Below are positions 28,120-38,379 of a DNA stretch of 64,000 bases, one piece after another. The notes beneath the pieces are model-generated. The model did no database searches, was not told where the DNA came from, and was given only the letters and a program-made list of their open reading frames with translations. The stretch lies in NCBI GenBank assembly GCA_963838485.1, contig CAWIRY010000115.1, positions 2,323-66,322 of the forward strand, written 5' to 3'. Source of the stretch: an uncultured delta proteobacterium (lineage in GTDB: Bacteria > Desulfobacterota > RBG-13-43-22). Made by a program: the position numbers and the translations under genes. Position 1 is the stretch's first letter; each line of letters opens with the position of its first letter.

Positions 28120-29094
28120 TTAAACCAGGTAATAAACAGAAGGGTTCGTTCCTAATTCCTCTTTTAGTCGGGTGACCCGTGAAGAACCTATAAGCTCATG
28201 GGCCAGGCTGTGAAGGTCATGGTAATCCCCGAAATAGGTGGCCCCACCCACACAGGTCGTAACGCAGGCAGGGAGCATGCCCTCACGGAGCCGATGGAGA
28301 CAGAAATGGCACTTCCGGGCGTTTCCGATGGGGGAGCGTTCCCGGTGGGGATCCCGCCGCCACTTTTTGCTGTACTCGAAGTTAGGCCGGGTTTCATAAT
28401 TCATAATCGCCGGGGTAGAGCCCCCATAAAATTCTCCGAAATCCGCTGTGCGTGCGTTGTACGGACAGGCCGCCACGCAGTTGCGGCAACCGATACAAAT
28501 TTCATAATCTATGACCACGACCCCATCTTCTCTCTTCCAGGTCGCCCTGACCGGGCAGACCGGCACACAGGGCGGTTTGTCACATTGCATGCAAGGTCTG
28601 GGGGTGAAGATCCTTCGTACATCCGGGAACTGCCCTACTTCCTGTTCGGGCACGACCCGGTAAACCACGCCCGGGGGTAGATTATTCTCCGTACAGCAGG
28701 ATACGGTGCAGGCCTTACAGCCGATACATTTCTGCTGATCAATCACCATCACCCATTTGCGTTCCCGGACGGGCTTTTTCATGGCTTTCAAAAGTTCTGC
28801 CCGCATCCGTTCCAGGGTGCTGCCCTCGGCAAAGCTTTCCGGATGGTTCAGCGGTTTGGCCTCAGGGGCGGTTTCCAGGGCCAAGGCAGACTTGGCTGTC
28901 AATGACCCCAAAATCCCCATACCACTGATAGCCGCCAGTGAACGGCCAATAAAATTCCGGCGTTCCAAGTCAGCCCCCGTCGCCTCCGCAGTAGATTTTG
29001 TCTGGCGCTGCCTGGAATCTTGGTCCCCTTTCCCCTGGGCGGATCCTTTCTGGGGGCTGGGATTGGATCGATTGGATGAAAACTTTTCGGTCAT
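28120..29094 (-). CDS. ttrB: Four-cluster [4Fe-4S] electron-transfer subunit (TtrB-like) with a Tat signal.
   Basis: 324 aa with [16 protein letters not shown] and multiple CxxCxxCxxxCP motifs. Confidence 0.65.
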   Translation of the reverse strand: MTEKFSSNRSNPSPQKGSAQGKGDQDSRQRQTKSTAEATGADLERRNFIGRSLAAISGMGILGSLTAKSALALETAPEAKPLNHPESFAEGSTLERMRAELLKAMKKPVRERKWVMVIDQQKCIGCKACTVSCCTENNLPPGVVYRVVPEQEVGQFPDVRRIFTPRPCMQCDKPPCVPVCPVRATWKREDGVVVIDYEICIGCRNCVAACPYNARTADFGEFYGGSTPAIMNYETRPNFEYSKKWRRDPHRERSPIGNARKCHFCLHRLREGMLPACVTTCVGGATYFGDYHDLHSLAHELIGSSRVTRLKEELGTNPSVYYLV

Positions 29095-29251
29095 AAAAAT
29101 CTCCTTTCTAAAATGTGAAGCCGGATAATGATCATAATTCCTGGGCCAAAATGATACCTCTCTGATTCATAACCCAATGGCCTTTCGAACACTAAGCGAA
29201 GATAGAGTCAAGTTAACCCTCCTTCCGCAAATAGTGATGTTATCCATGCCC

Positions 29252-30223
29252 TCAGCTTTCCGTTTGATTTAGATAAATATGATCCGGATGATTGAGGATC
29301 ACTTTGGTGTCCGGCGGAACGCTCGACGTAATCCAGACGTTGCCTCCGATGGTCGTTCTGGCCCCAATAACGGTCTCACCTCCTAAGATAGTGGCATTGG
29401 CATAAATAATCACGTCATCCTCAATGGTTGGATGGCGCTTCTTGTCACGATAAAGATTGCCGGCATTCTGGGGCAGAGAGAGAGCCCCCAGGGTTACTCC
29501 TTGATAGATCCGCACCCGGTTCCCAATCACCGTGGTTTCACCGATGACCACGCCGGTTCCATGGTCGATAAAAAAATACTCTCCGATCTGGGCACCGGGA
29601 TGAATATCGATTCCCGTCCTGCTATGGGCGTATTCAGTCATCATTCGGGGAAGTAAAGGGATGCCCATCCCATGTAACGTATGGGCGATCCGGTAAACGG
29701 TTATGGCAAAAAGTCCCGGATAGCTGACAATAATTTCCGTGTGACTTTTGGCTGCCGGGTCTCCCTCAAAGGCGGCCTGGATATCTTTGATCAGCAGATT
29801 TTTTGTGTTTGGAAGGCTTTGTAGGAACTCGGCGGCTTTTTCATACCCTCGATCGAGGTGAAAGCTGCAAGGCCAATCAAGTTGGTTGCATTCGTGGGGA
29901 AAAGACAAACGGATTTGCTTGACTAATATCTTGTAAAGGGTCTGAATTCCCAAGGCCAGGTTATTTTCTCGCTGATCAGGATTCAAAACTTGATCGCCCA
30001 AATTTCCAGGGAATAGTATTCGTCTGATTTGATCCACCAGTTGGATGACTTCTTCCGGATTGGGTGAGGAAACACTGTCATTGTCCCTTTCCGAGGAAAT
30101 GGGTTCGGACCCATTAAGTAATTCCAAGGCCAGTGAATGGCAAACATCTGAGATGGATTGAGATTGGTAAAACCTTTTCGGGGACGGGTGTGTGGCCAGG
30201 GTTCTCATGCCGATCATCCTCAA
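29252..30223 (-). CDS. cysE: Serine O-acetyltransferase.
   Basis: SATase N-terminal domain plus hexapeptide repeats FFIDHGTGVVIGETTVIGNRVRIYQGVTLG. Confidence 0.8.
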   Translation of the reverse strand: MRMIGMRTLATHPSPKRFYQSQSISDVCHSLALELLNGSEPISSERDNDSVSSPNPEEVIQLVDQIRRILFPGNLGDQVLNPDQRENNLALGIQTLYKILVKQIRLSFPHECNQLDWPCSFHLDRGYEKAAEFLQSLPNTKNLLIKDIQAAFEGDPAAKSHTEIIVSYPGLFAITVYRIAHTLHGMGIPLLPRMMTEYAHSRTGIDIHPGAQIGEYFFIDHGTGVVIGETTVIGNRVRIYQGVTLGALSLPQNAGNLYRDKKRHPTIEDDVIIYANATILGGETVIGARTTIGGNVWITSSVPPDTKVILNHPDHIYLNQTES

Positions 30224-30846
30224 CGTTTTATTTGAAAAATTCCATAGGTTGCCCGAAAATTGGGTAGATGGTTGATCATCTTACCTCTTTTATCCTGATC
30301 CTGGGTATTGATGGCCGTCCATTTAACAATCTCAAAGCCGACTTCCCCTGAAAATCGTTTAAAATCCTTGATGGTGATGACCCGGATATTCGGGGTGTCG
30401 TACCATTGATAAGGAAGCTGGGGGGTGACCGGTGCATAGCCTCTAAACATCAACTGCATTCGTATCCGCCAGTGACTGAAATTCGGAAAACTGACGATCC
30501 CGTTGTGTCCGATGCGCAGTATCGACCGGATCAATTGATCCGGTTCATAAACCAGTTGAAGCGTCTGGCTCAAGACTACATAGTCGAAACTCTTATCCGG
30601 AAAGTCTTCTATCTCTTCATTCAGATCCCCTTGCAGAACGGAAAGTCCCCTTTCGATGCAGCGGGCGGTCTTGGACTCATTCTTTTCGATGCCCTTACCC
30701 TCAATATTCTTTTGGGTCTTCAGGTACAAGAGAAGATCCCCTTCCCCGCAGCCGAGATCCAGTACCCTGGCCCCCGGTTCGATCCAGGAAGCCACCAACT
30801 GCAGGTCAAAACGAATCCCATTATTTTTAAAGTTCACGATAGACAC
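30220..30846 (-). CDS. metW: Methionine biosynthesis protein MetW.
   Basis: 208 aa with VLDLGCGEGDLL, adjacent to metX. Confidence 0.75.
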   Translation of the reverse strand: MSIVNFKNNGIRFDLQLVASWIEPGARVLDLGCGEGDLLLYLKTQKNIEGKGIEKNESKTARCIERGLSVLQGDLNEEIEDFPDKSFDYVVLSQTLQLVYEPDQLIRSILRIGHNGIVSFPNFSHWRIRMQLMFRGYAPVTPQLPYQWYDTPNIRVITIKDFKRFSGEVGFEIVKWTAINTQDQDKRGKMINHLPNFRATYGIFQIKR

Positions 30847-31993
30847 GATCCAAAAATCCCCTGATCATTTCACTTAATTTTTCATTGGGAAGCAGGAAGG
30901 CGTCATGTCCCCATTGGGCTTCGATTTCACAGAAGCTGACATCCTTACCATTTTTTTTTAAGGCCCGTGCAATGGCCTTGGATTGGTAAGTGGGGTACAA
31001 CCAATCAGAGGTAAAGGAGACCACCAGAAATTTGGTCCGAGTTTTAGAAAAGGACTGTACCGCAGATCCGTTGCCGTGTTGGAGACCCAGATCAAAATAA
31101 TCGGCGGCCTTGGTGATATATAAGAAAGAGTTGGCATCGAACCGTTCGACGAATTTTGTGCCCTGATACCTTAAATAGCTTTCCACTTGAAAATCAGCCT
31201 CAAAGTTATAAGAGAAATCATTCTTATCCTGGAGTCGGCGACCGAATTTCTGGCGCATGGATTCATCGGAAAGGTAGGTGATATGCCCGATCATACGGGC
31301 CACTGCCAGGCCTAAGGAAGGGCCAGTCCCCGAGTAGTAATCGCCGCCGTTCCAGTTGGGATCTGCCATGATGGCCTGCCGGGCCACCTCATTGAAGGCA
31401 ATGGCCAGGGCCGAATGTTTAGTGGTCGTCGCCAGGGGGATGGCGGAAATAATCATCTCGGGAAAGAGAACGGACCATTCCAACACCTGCATCCCACCGA
31501 TGGATCCCCCGATAACCGAGAGGATCTTTTTAATACCCAGATGATCCAGCAATTGCCTTTGGGCCAAGACCATGTCCCCAATGGTTACCACCGGAAAGTT
31601 CAAGCCATAAGGTTTATCACTCTTGGGGTTAATAGAAGAAGGCCCGGTTGATCCCAGACAGCTTCCCAGGATATTGGAACAGATGACAAAATATTTATCG
31701 GTATCGATTCCCTTTCCCGGCCCGACCATAATATCCCACCAGCCCGGCTTGTTGTCCTCCTGGGAATAATAGCCGGCCACGTGGGAATCCCCGGATAAGG
31801 CATGTAATATGAGGACAGTATTGTCCTTCTCCCTGTTTAATGTCCCATAGGTTTCATAAGCCAGGGTCAACGGTCCCAGGCGGGTCCCGCATTCCAGAAC
31901 CATCTCATCGGGAGGTTCGGCGAAGGTGAAATATTTTTTTTCCACCACTCCCACGGAGATCCCTTTGGGGTCATTTTCAATATATTCGCTCAA
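30827..31993 (-). CDS. metX: Homoserine O-acetyltransferase. Start tentatively the TTG at 31993, overlapping the metY stop as TTGA.
   Basis: ...VLILHALSGDSHVAGY...GGSIGGMQVLEW... (alpha/beta hydrolase, GxSxG). Confidence 0.75.
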   Translation of the reverse strand: MSEYIENDPKGISVGVVEKKYFTFAEPPDEMVLECGTRLGPLTLAYETYGTLNREKDNTVLILHALSGDSHVAGYYSQEDNKPGWWDIMVGPGKGIDTDKYFVICSNILGSCLGSTGPSSINPKSDKPYGLNFPVVTIGDMVLAQRQLLDHLGIKKILSVIGGSIGGMQVLEWSVLFPEMIISAIPLATTTKHSALAIAFNEVARQAIMADPNWNGGDYYSGTGPSLGLAVARMIGHITYLSDESMRQKFGRRLQDKNDFSYNFEADFQVESYLRYQGTKFVERFDANSFLYITKAADYFDLGLQHGNGSAVQSFSKTRTKFLVVSFTSDWLYPTYQSKAIARALKKNGKDVSFCEIEAQWGHDAFLLPNEKLSEMIRGFLDRVYREL

Positions 31994-33254
31994 TGGGGGA
32001 GTCCCTCTAAAGCCTGTCCCAGGTCCTCGCAAAGATCCTCGGCATCCTCAATCCCTACGGAAAGGCGGATCATATCGGGTCTAATCCCCAAGCTCTGCCG
32101 GGTTTCTTCATCAAAAGAAATATACTGGGAGGAGTATGGGTGAATCACCAGGGTCTTGCAGTCCCCTAAATTGGCCAGGTGATAGATTAAACGAAGCCGT
32201 TTGATAAATTTAAAACAGGCCCCCTGGTCCTTGAGGCCGAAGGTAATCAAACCGCCAAATCCTTTCCCCTTAAACTGGGTCTCCGCCGTAAGGTGGGAGG
32301 GATGGTCTTTGAATCCGGGGTAATTGACCCAAACAACCTCGGGTCTTCCTTTTAAGTATTCGGCGATCAAGGCGGTATTTTTTAAAGTCTCTTTCATCCG
32401 AAGCGACAGGGTGTCCAAACCGAGCATGGTCAAAAAGGAATGAAAGGGGGACTGGGTAGTTCCGAAATTGATATGGTGTTCCCTCCATACCTTATCCAGG
32501 AAGGCCAAAGGCCCCTTGCGGTCGATAAAGGGTTTAAAGTCCGGGAAGCGGTCTTCGGACCAGGGGAAGGTGCCCTTATCGATTACCACACCCCCGACGG
32601 CTGCCCCGTGACCACTTAGATATTTGGTAGTGGAATGAATAACTATATCGGCACCGAACTCAAAAGGACGGCACAAGGTAGGGCGAGGTCAGGGTGTTGT
32701 CCACGACCAGGGGGATCCCCTGACGATGGGCAACATCGGAAATTTTTTTGAGGTTCGGGATATCCAGCTTGGGGTTGCCGATAGTTTCCAGGTAGACAAA
32801 CCGTGTCTGGTTATTGATGGCTTTGGCAATGGCCTCAATGTCAGTGGACTCCACCAGCCGAGCCTGGATACCATATTTCTTAAACACCTTATTAAAAAGG
32901 AGGTACGTGGACATGAAGAGGGAATTCCCGGAAACAAATTCATTCCCCGTCCTGAGCAACGCCATACAGGCATTGGTAACGGCCGGCCATGCCTGATGAC
33001 ATGACGATGGCGCCCTGCCCTCCTTCTAATAGGGTTAGTTTCTCTTCCAAAGTGCGGTTGGTGGGATTGGTTAACCTCATGTAGATATGATCGGCGGTCT
33101 GCCCGGCAAAAGTCTGACTTAAACTTTCCGCAGTCGGATGAAGGTGTGAAGCGGTCTGGAAGATCGGGGACAGGGTCGACCCCTCCCAGGATTCCGGCGA
33201 TTGTCCGGCGTGGATGACTTGGGTGTCAAAATGATATGGGGTTTCGCTTACCAT
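31990..33254 (-). CDS. metY: O-acetylhomoserine sulfhydrylase (PLP-dependent, MetY-like), split over three frames by two 1-nt indels at about 32960 and 32670.
   Basis: Segments ...QVIHAGQSPE...SSGMAG / ...LLRTGNEFVSGNSLF...IPLVVDNTLTSPYL / ...GADIVIHSTTKYLSGHG... Ordered together they give a complete MetY. Confidence 0.7.
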
Positions 33255-33291
33255 AAGGGTCTTCCATCGATTTAAAAGGTTTATCCGTCAA

Positions 33292-33696
33292 TTAGAATTC
33301 CAAAATAGGTTTAAAGACTTGGCATTTTTTACAGATTTCAATCTTGTCGCTCCAATTTTTATGGACTTCACCTTCACAGATGGTCCCGTTTATAAACCAG
33401 CAGAGGAGGCCGGCTTTATATTTCCAAGCCGGACATTGCTTTTTTCTATCGGGAGGGCATTTTTTAATAGTCCAGCAGGGTTTAGAACTTAAGGCTAATT
33501 TCTTTTGTCCCGAAATCAAGAAAAGGATCTGTCGTTCCATGTTGTCTGGAATGTTGCGCCAGCCTTGTTCATAGCTGTGAACGGCCTTAATCGAAGTCAT
33601 CAGAAGTTGGGCCAATTCCTTCTGTGTCAGCCCTAACTGTTTTCGGTAAAAAGCAAATTTTTTACTGTCCATTTTTCCCTCGATAGAGGCATCCAT
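33292..33696 (-). CDS. XRE-family HTH regulator fused to a C-terminal Cys-rich (8 Cys) domain.
   Basis: LTQKELAQLLMTSIKAVHSYEQG (HTH_3), then CWTIKKCPP...CPAWKYKAGLLCWFINGTICEGEV...CKKCQVF. Confidence 0.55.
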   Translation of the reverse strand: MDASIEGKMDSKKFAFYRKQLGLTQKELAQLLMTSIKAVHSYEQGWRNIPDNMERQILFLISGQKKLALSSKPCWTIKKCPPDRKKQCPAWKYKAGLLCWFINGTICEGEVHKNWSDKIEICKKCQVFKPILEF

Positions 33697-33880
33697 AAAT
33701 TAATTTGATTAAAAGATACCACAATGTGGTATAAATGTCAAGAAAAAAATAGTGATTTAAATAACTCAAGGGGATGAAAAGGAAGAGGAATTAGAGTAAT
33801 CCCCTAATTTAAAACCACTTTTTTCGTTATACTGTGGATGGGATAGAGATTACCGGGCGGGGTGGTATGGTATAAGGAGT

Positions 33881-34405
33881 TCATTGATCAAGATTAAAAG
33901 GGGTCAAATACTCGCTTAGCTTTTTTCTGTTTTCCATCGACAGCGGGGGGCAGTCTTCCGCACCTTTTACCCCCTCGGTAACGGCTACGGCAAAAACCAT
34001 ACAGGTCGGTTCTCCGCATTCCCGGCAGTTGGTTTTCGGCAAGATCTTCAGGACCTCAAAGACCTGCGGACGGGGCAGGCTTTCATAGGATGGCTCGATT
34101 TCATCCCGTTTTTCCCAGGCTTCATTAATTTCCCGTTTCAGCCACTCAAGGATCTTATCCGCTTCGCCCTCGTCCTTAAGGGCATTAATGGTGATCTTAT
34201 CGGGATGAACGGTAATGAGCTTACCCTGGGGCCGAAACGTGACGGCCGGGGGGTCTTGATAATACTCGTCGCCGCCAAGCACGGCATTCAGGTAAGGTAA
34301 CACCTCTCTGATATTTTCATCCAGGTGGGCGATGCAGTGCAGGGACTGGAAACTTGGATTGCACTCGGGCCGAAAAATTTCTTTACTATAGCCACTTAGC
34401 AGCAC
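33881..34405 (-). CDS. Hypothetical protein with a C-terminal PF04060-type [4Fe-4S] motif.
   Basis: ...LPKTNCRECGEPTCMVFAVAVTEG...CPP. Confidence 0.45.
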   Translation of the reverse strand: MLLSGYSKEIFRPECNPSFQSLHCIAHLDENIREVLPYLNAVLGGDEYYQDPPAVTFRPQGKLITVHPDKITINALKDEGEADKILEWLKREINEAWEKRDEIEPSYESLPRPQVFEVLKILPKTNCRECGEPTCMVFAVAVTEGVKGAEDCPPLSMENRKKLSEYLTPFNLDQ

Positions 34406-34473
34406 GATCTTATTCTCCTATCTGTTTTTGTTTTTCGCCCTGGACCTTGTGCCTTGTACCTTGAGCCTCTCTT

Positions 34474-35565
34474 TTATGGTTTGCAGGTGACATGACAAAC
34501 ACCGGTCGGCGTTTCTACGGCAAAGGGGAAGTATTTCCGTTTGAACCAGAGGGCTACGTTGACCAGACTGATCAGGACCGGGACCTCGACCAATGGGCCG
34601 ATGACGGCGGCAAAGGCCGCTCCCGATTTGATGCCGAAAACGGCCACGGCCACGGCAATGGCCAGCTCGAAATTATTGGAGGCGGCGGTGAAGCTCAAGG
34701 TGGTGGCCTGTTCATAAGTCGCCTTGACCTTCACGGACATATAGAAAGAGATAAAGAACATGATGACGAAATAGATCACCAAAGGCAGGGCAATACGCAG
34801 CACATCTAAGGGCAATTGGACGATATATTCCCCTTTGAGAGAGAACATGACGATAATGGTGAAGAGCAGGGCGATGAGGGTGATAGGACTGATTTTGGGG
34901 ATGAATTTTTCATGGTACCAAATCTTGCCCTTGATTTTGATCAGGGTGAATCGGGTGATGATCCCGGCAATAAAAGGAATCCCCAGATAAATAAAAACAC
35001 TCTTGGCGATCTGGCCGATGGAGATGTCCACCACCGTGCCTTTCAGGCCGAACCAGCCCGGCAGGATGGTGATAAAGATATAGGCGTAAACGGAGAAAAA
35101 GAGGACCTGAAAGATGGAATTGAAAGCCACCAAACCGGCACAGTATTCGGTGTCGCCAGAGGCCAGTTCATTCCAGACAATGACCATGGCGATACAGCGG
35201 GCCAGACCGATCATGATTAAACCCACCATGTATTCCGGGTATCCGGCCAGAAAAAGGATGGCCAGAAAGAACATGAGGATGGGGCCGATAACCCAGTTCT
35301 GGATCAAAGAAAGCGTCAGTACCCGGTAATTTTTAAAGACTTCCCCCAGTTCCTCATACTTGACCTTGGCTAAGGGTGGATACATCATCAGGATCAGGCC
35401 GATGGCGATGGGGAGATTGGTGGTGTCATATTGGAAGAGATTCCAGAACTGGACCACCTGGGGATAGAGATAGCCGGACCCTACACCTACCAGCATGGCC
35501 AAAAAGATCCACAGGGTCAGAAAACGGTCCAGAAAGGAAAGTTTTTTAGGGGTTGGTTCGGTCAT
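34474..35565 (-). CDS. acr3: Arsenite efflux transporter, ACR3 family.
   Basis: 363 aa, [25 protein letters not shown]... with 10 TM helices. Confidence 0.9.
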   Translation of the reverse strand: MTEPTPKKLSFLDRFLTLWIFLAMLVGVGSGYLYPQVVQFWNLFQYDTTNLPIAIGLILMMYPPLAKVKYEELGEVFKNYRVLTLSLIQNWVIGPILMFFLAILFLAGYPEYMVGLIMIGLARCIAMVIVWNELASGDTEYCAGLVAFNSIFQVLFFSVYAYIFITILPGWFGLKGTVVDISIGQIAKSVFIYLGIPFIAGIITRFTLIKIKGKIWYHEKFIPKISPITLIALLFTIIVMFSLKGEYIVQLPLDVLRIALPLVIYFVIMFFISFYMSVKVKATYEQATTLSFTAASNNFELAIAVAVAVFGIKSGAAFAAVIGPLVEVPVLISLVNVALWFKRKYFPFAVETPTGVCHVTCKP

Positions 35566-35670
35566 TTGTCCTCCTTCCTTGTCAGGTGTTAAGAAGAGCC
35601 TTGATTTGTTCTCTGATTAATGATTTCGGTGGAATTTTTGAGAATGAACCATTCTCGGAAATGTAATAGC

Positions 35671-35905
35671 GTCACCCCAAGCCGGTTTGCCATAGGTCCC
35701 TGGCGGAGGGTTCCAAATCGAAGCCATTGATTTTAATGGTTGGAGAGCCGAGAAATTGATTTGTCCTGGCTTCTTCCTCGGTATTTATTAAAATTGGTTC
35801 AATCAGGATGTTGAGCTGCTTTTCATCTAACACTTTTTGAATCGCCTCCAGTGCCTTGTTTTTGGCCAGTCAGCCCTGGGTATAAAGGACCTGAATATTA
35901 TGCAT
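35671..35905 (-). pseudogene. Second copy of the TGA-containing thioredoxin_3-like gene. The in-frame TGA is conserved, but a 1-nt insertion (C at about 35816) shifts the frame after codon 28.
   Basis: MHNIQVLYTQG-[TGA 35870..35872]-LAKNKALEAIQKVLDE, then a frameshift. With the extra C removed it reads through as copy 1 does (...SPTIKINGFDLEPSARDLWQTGLG). Confidence 0.45.
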
Positions 35906-35958
35906 AGTCTCTCCCGCACTGAAAAAGTTTTCCATCTCCCGGATGGCAAGCATCAGGA

Positions 35959-36231
35959 TCAGCCATCGGCATCAGTGCCGGGTTGGATCTCGAGCGGAGG
36001 AAATGGGGTTGAGGATTGAGGGTTTGTAGCCTTCTTTTCCGGAGTGGGCTTAGGAGCAGGGTTTGGCTTGTCCGAATTAGAAGCCTTCTTGTTGTCCTCA
36101 GAACACTCTTGCTGTTGCGGATTGGCTGAACCGGGGGGAAGGTTTTTTTTCTCCTCGGCAAAAGAAAAGGACCCGATTAGAATAATCAGTAAAACCAAAA
36201 ACAGTTTTGTTAATATATTTCGATTTGTCAT
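35959..36231 (-). CDS. Secreted Pro/Gln-rich protein (copy 2).
   Basis: MTNRNILTKLFLVLLIILIGSFSFAEEKK... Confidence 0.45.
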   Translation of the reverse strand: MTNRNILTKLFLVLLIILIGSFSFAEEKKNLPPGSANPQQQECSEDNKKASNSDKPNPAPKPTPEKKATNPQSSTPFPPLEIQPGTDADG

Positions 36232-36265
36232 AACCTTCCTAACCTTTATTCCTTTCCAGCAGGGG

Positions 36266-37480
36266 TTAAATAAAGGTACTATACCCGGCAGCCTCCAATA
36301 TTTCAATCAGTCTTTGCCTCAAGCTATAATACCTCCAGTCCCAAAGCCTCGAGAGAAATTCTTTCCACGGTATAATATGAATGCCATCGTGAATCCGTTG
36401 CTTACGTTCATTGCATACCAGGTAGGCGCTCCTAGGCTGGTAGTCCTGGACGAAGGCCTTCAGGGGACGGAGTTCTGCGCTGCCGATACGAGCGGCGCCC
36501 TTGACTTCGATAGCGATTTCCCCGCGGCCTAATATAAAATCAACTTCCAAACCCGTTTTGGTCCTCCAGAAATTAATCTCATATTCCAGATCACTGTAGG
36601 AACGATGGGCGATGAACTCCATGAGGATAAAATGCTCAAAGGCCCTTCCAAACTGTTCTCCCTTTTGTTCAGGGATATGGCGCCCGGTGAGACCACCGAC
36701 AATTCCAACATCGAACAAATAGAACTTTCCAGCCTTGGTGATGACCTGCCTTTCCTGGCGTTTTTTGTACGGCTCGATCATGATCCCGAGTAAGGTGTCA
36801 ACCAGGATTTGATAATATTCTTTGACGGTTTTAGCATCCACCCCGCATTCCCGGGCGATGTTGGCATAGTTGGTCAATTCCCCGTGGGAATATCCCATAG
36901 CCTCAAAAAATCTTGAAAAGGCTGGAATATTCCGGGTAAGACCTTCATCAAAAACCTCCTCTTTGAGGTAATCCCGGACATAAGACCGAAGCGATTTACG
37001 GTATTCTTCTTCCAGATAATGAGCGGGTATCAGGCCCCTATTTAAGGCCTTGAGGAGATCGAGGTTCCCTATTTCCATAGAAATCAGCGGATGCATCTCG
37101 TAACGCCAGGCCCGGCCTCCCAGGAGGTTGGCCTTGCCCCGTTTCAATTTCCTGGCGCTGGAACCGCATAAAAGGAAACGAAGTCCCTTGTTCTCTATTA
37201 GCCAGTGCACCTCATCAAGCAATTGCGGGACCTTTTGGACTTCATCAATGATGATCGGCTCCTTGAGTTGCTGCGGATTGGATGCCAAGAGCTGTTCTCG
37301 TAACAGATAGGGGCGCTTGGCGAAATCCAGGAAAAGATCAGTTCGCAACAAATCGAACCGCAGGCTTTTAGGGAAAGCCTCTTTAAGGAAGGTTGTTTTT
37401 CCAGTTTTTCTCGGTCCCCAGAGAAAAGCTGACTTTCCTTTCGGAAGGGTGATCCGGATTATTCTTTTGATGTTAACCAT
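36266..37480 (-). CDS. AAA+ ATPase with a DUF4143-type C-terminal domain.
   Basis: 404 aa with the Walker A GPRKTGKTT. Confidence 0.7.
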   Translation of the reverse strand: MVNIKRIIRITLPKGKSAFLWGPRKTGKTTFLKEAFPKSLRFDLLRTDLFLDFAKRPYLLREQLLASNPQQLKEPIIIDEVQKVPQLLDEVHWLIENKGLRFLLCGSSARKLKRGKANLLGGRAWRYEMHPLISMEIGNLDLLKALNRGLIPAHYLEEEYRKSLRSYVRDYLKEEVFDEGLTRNIPAFSRFFEAMGYSHGELTNYANIARECGVDAKTVKEYYQILVDTLLGIMIEPYKKRQERQVITKAGKFYLFDVGIVGGLTGRHIPEQKGEQFGRAFEHFILMEFIAHRSYSDLEYEINFWRTKTGLEVDFILGRGEIAIEVKGAARIGSAELRPLKAFVQDYQPRSAYLVCNERKQRIHDGIHIIPWKEFLSRLWDWRYYSLRQRLIEILEAAGYSTFI

Positions 37481-38129
37481 TAAGGATAATCCTCCTTTTT
37501 AGTTATACTAAAAAGGAATAGTATTCCCTAAGAAATCAACTGTCAACAAGAAAGAGTGGTGGAGCTTTAAGGCTCTCCCCTATCTCCGATGCTATCGAAC
37601 ATTGTTCTGAATGAACCGGACTGGGAACCGGAAAGACGAGGACACTGAGTGATCTCTATTGATATACGGCTTTCTACCGCCTTGAGTACGGTATTCAAAC
37701 CATCCAGTTTCATCTTTCTTGCTTCTTTTCCTACTTCCCTGGGAATTATCAATGATCGGGCGGGACGTAGGTGGTTCGAATTATGAGGCTAAAATGGTCG
37801 AACATATTAAAAGTGAGGGGAGATCAGGAATTATTCTTCCTTCTAAATTAAAAAACTGACTTTTACGGAGTTGTAGTATATTACATAATTAGTATATAGT
37901 GATATAGTTTGAGCTATTGATGTTGTCAAGTAAAATTTAACTGCTCAATTGTCGGATTTAAAAATCCGAATGGACTTAAAATCCAAGACGAAGGAGGTGA
38001 GCTGGATGAAACAAAATCGCATGTTTATTCCGGAAATAATTCCTTTACTTTCTTGCTTGACATTACTTCGTAGTATAATTTACAAATAGTCATGTAAATT
38101 TAATTATTACACGTAAAAAGGATTTTGAT

Positions 38130-38360
38130 ATGAAAACCAGGGTCACCGCCAGGGGACAGGTCTCCATTCCCTCTCTGATTAGAAAAAAGTTCAACATCGA
38201 GCCTGAATCGCAGGTCATCTGGCAGACCAAGGGAAACACGATCAGGGTTATCCCAATCCCCAAAAATCCGGTATCGGCTTTCAGGGGGAAGGGGTCGGGA
38301 AAATACTCTACCGAAAAGATGATCCGGGACCGGCAGGATGAAAGATGTAAAGAAAATTAA
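38130..38360 (+). CDS. AbrB/MazE/SpoVT-family DNA-binding protein.
   Basis: MKTRVTARGQVSIPSLIRKKFNIEPESQVIW... Confidence 0.55.
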   Translation: MKTRVTARGQVSIPSLIRKKFNIEPESQVIWQTKGNTIRVIPIPKNPVSAFRGKGSGKYSTEKMIRDRQDERCKEN

Positions 38361-38379
38361 AAAGTAAGGAGACAATGTT

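Larger units (their letters stand above)
35283..36320. repeat. Copy 2 of the 1.04-kb direct duplication.
   Basis: See 21222..22259. Confidence 0.85.

Noticed and set aside
37760-37800. tRNA-like T-loop GGTTCGAAT.
   Set aside because: No complementary T-stem or acceptor-stem pairing around it, so it is not a tRNA.
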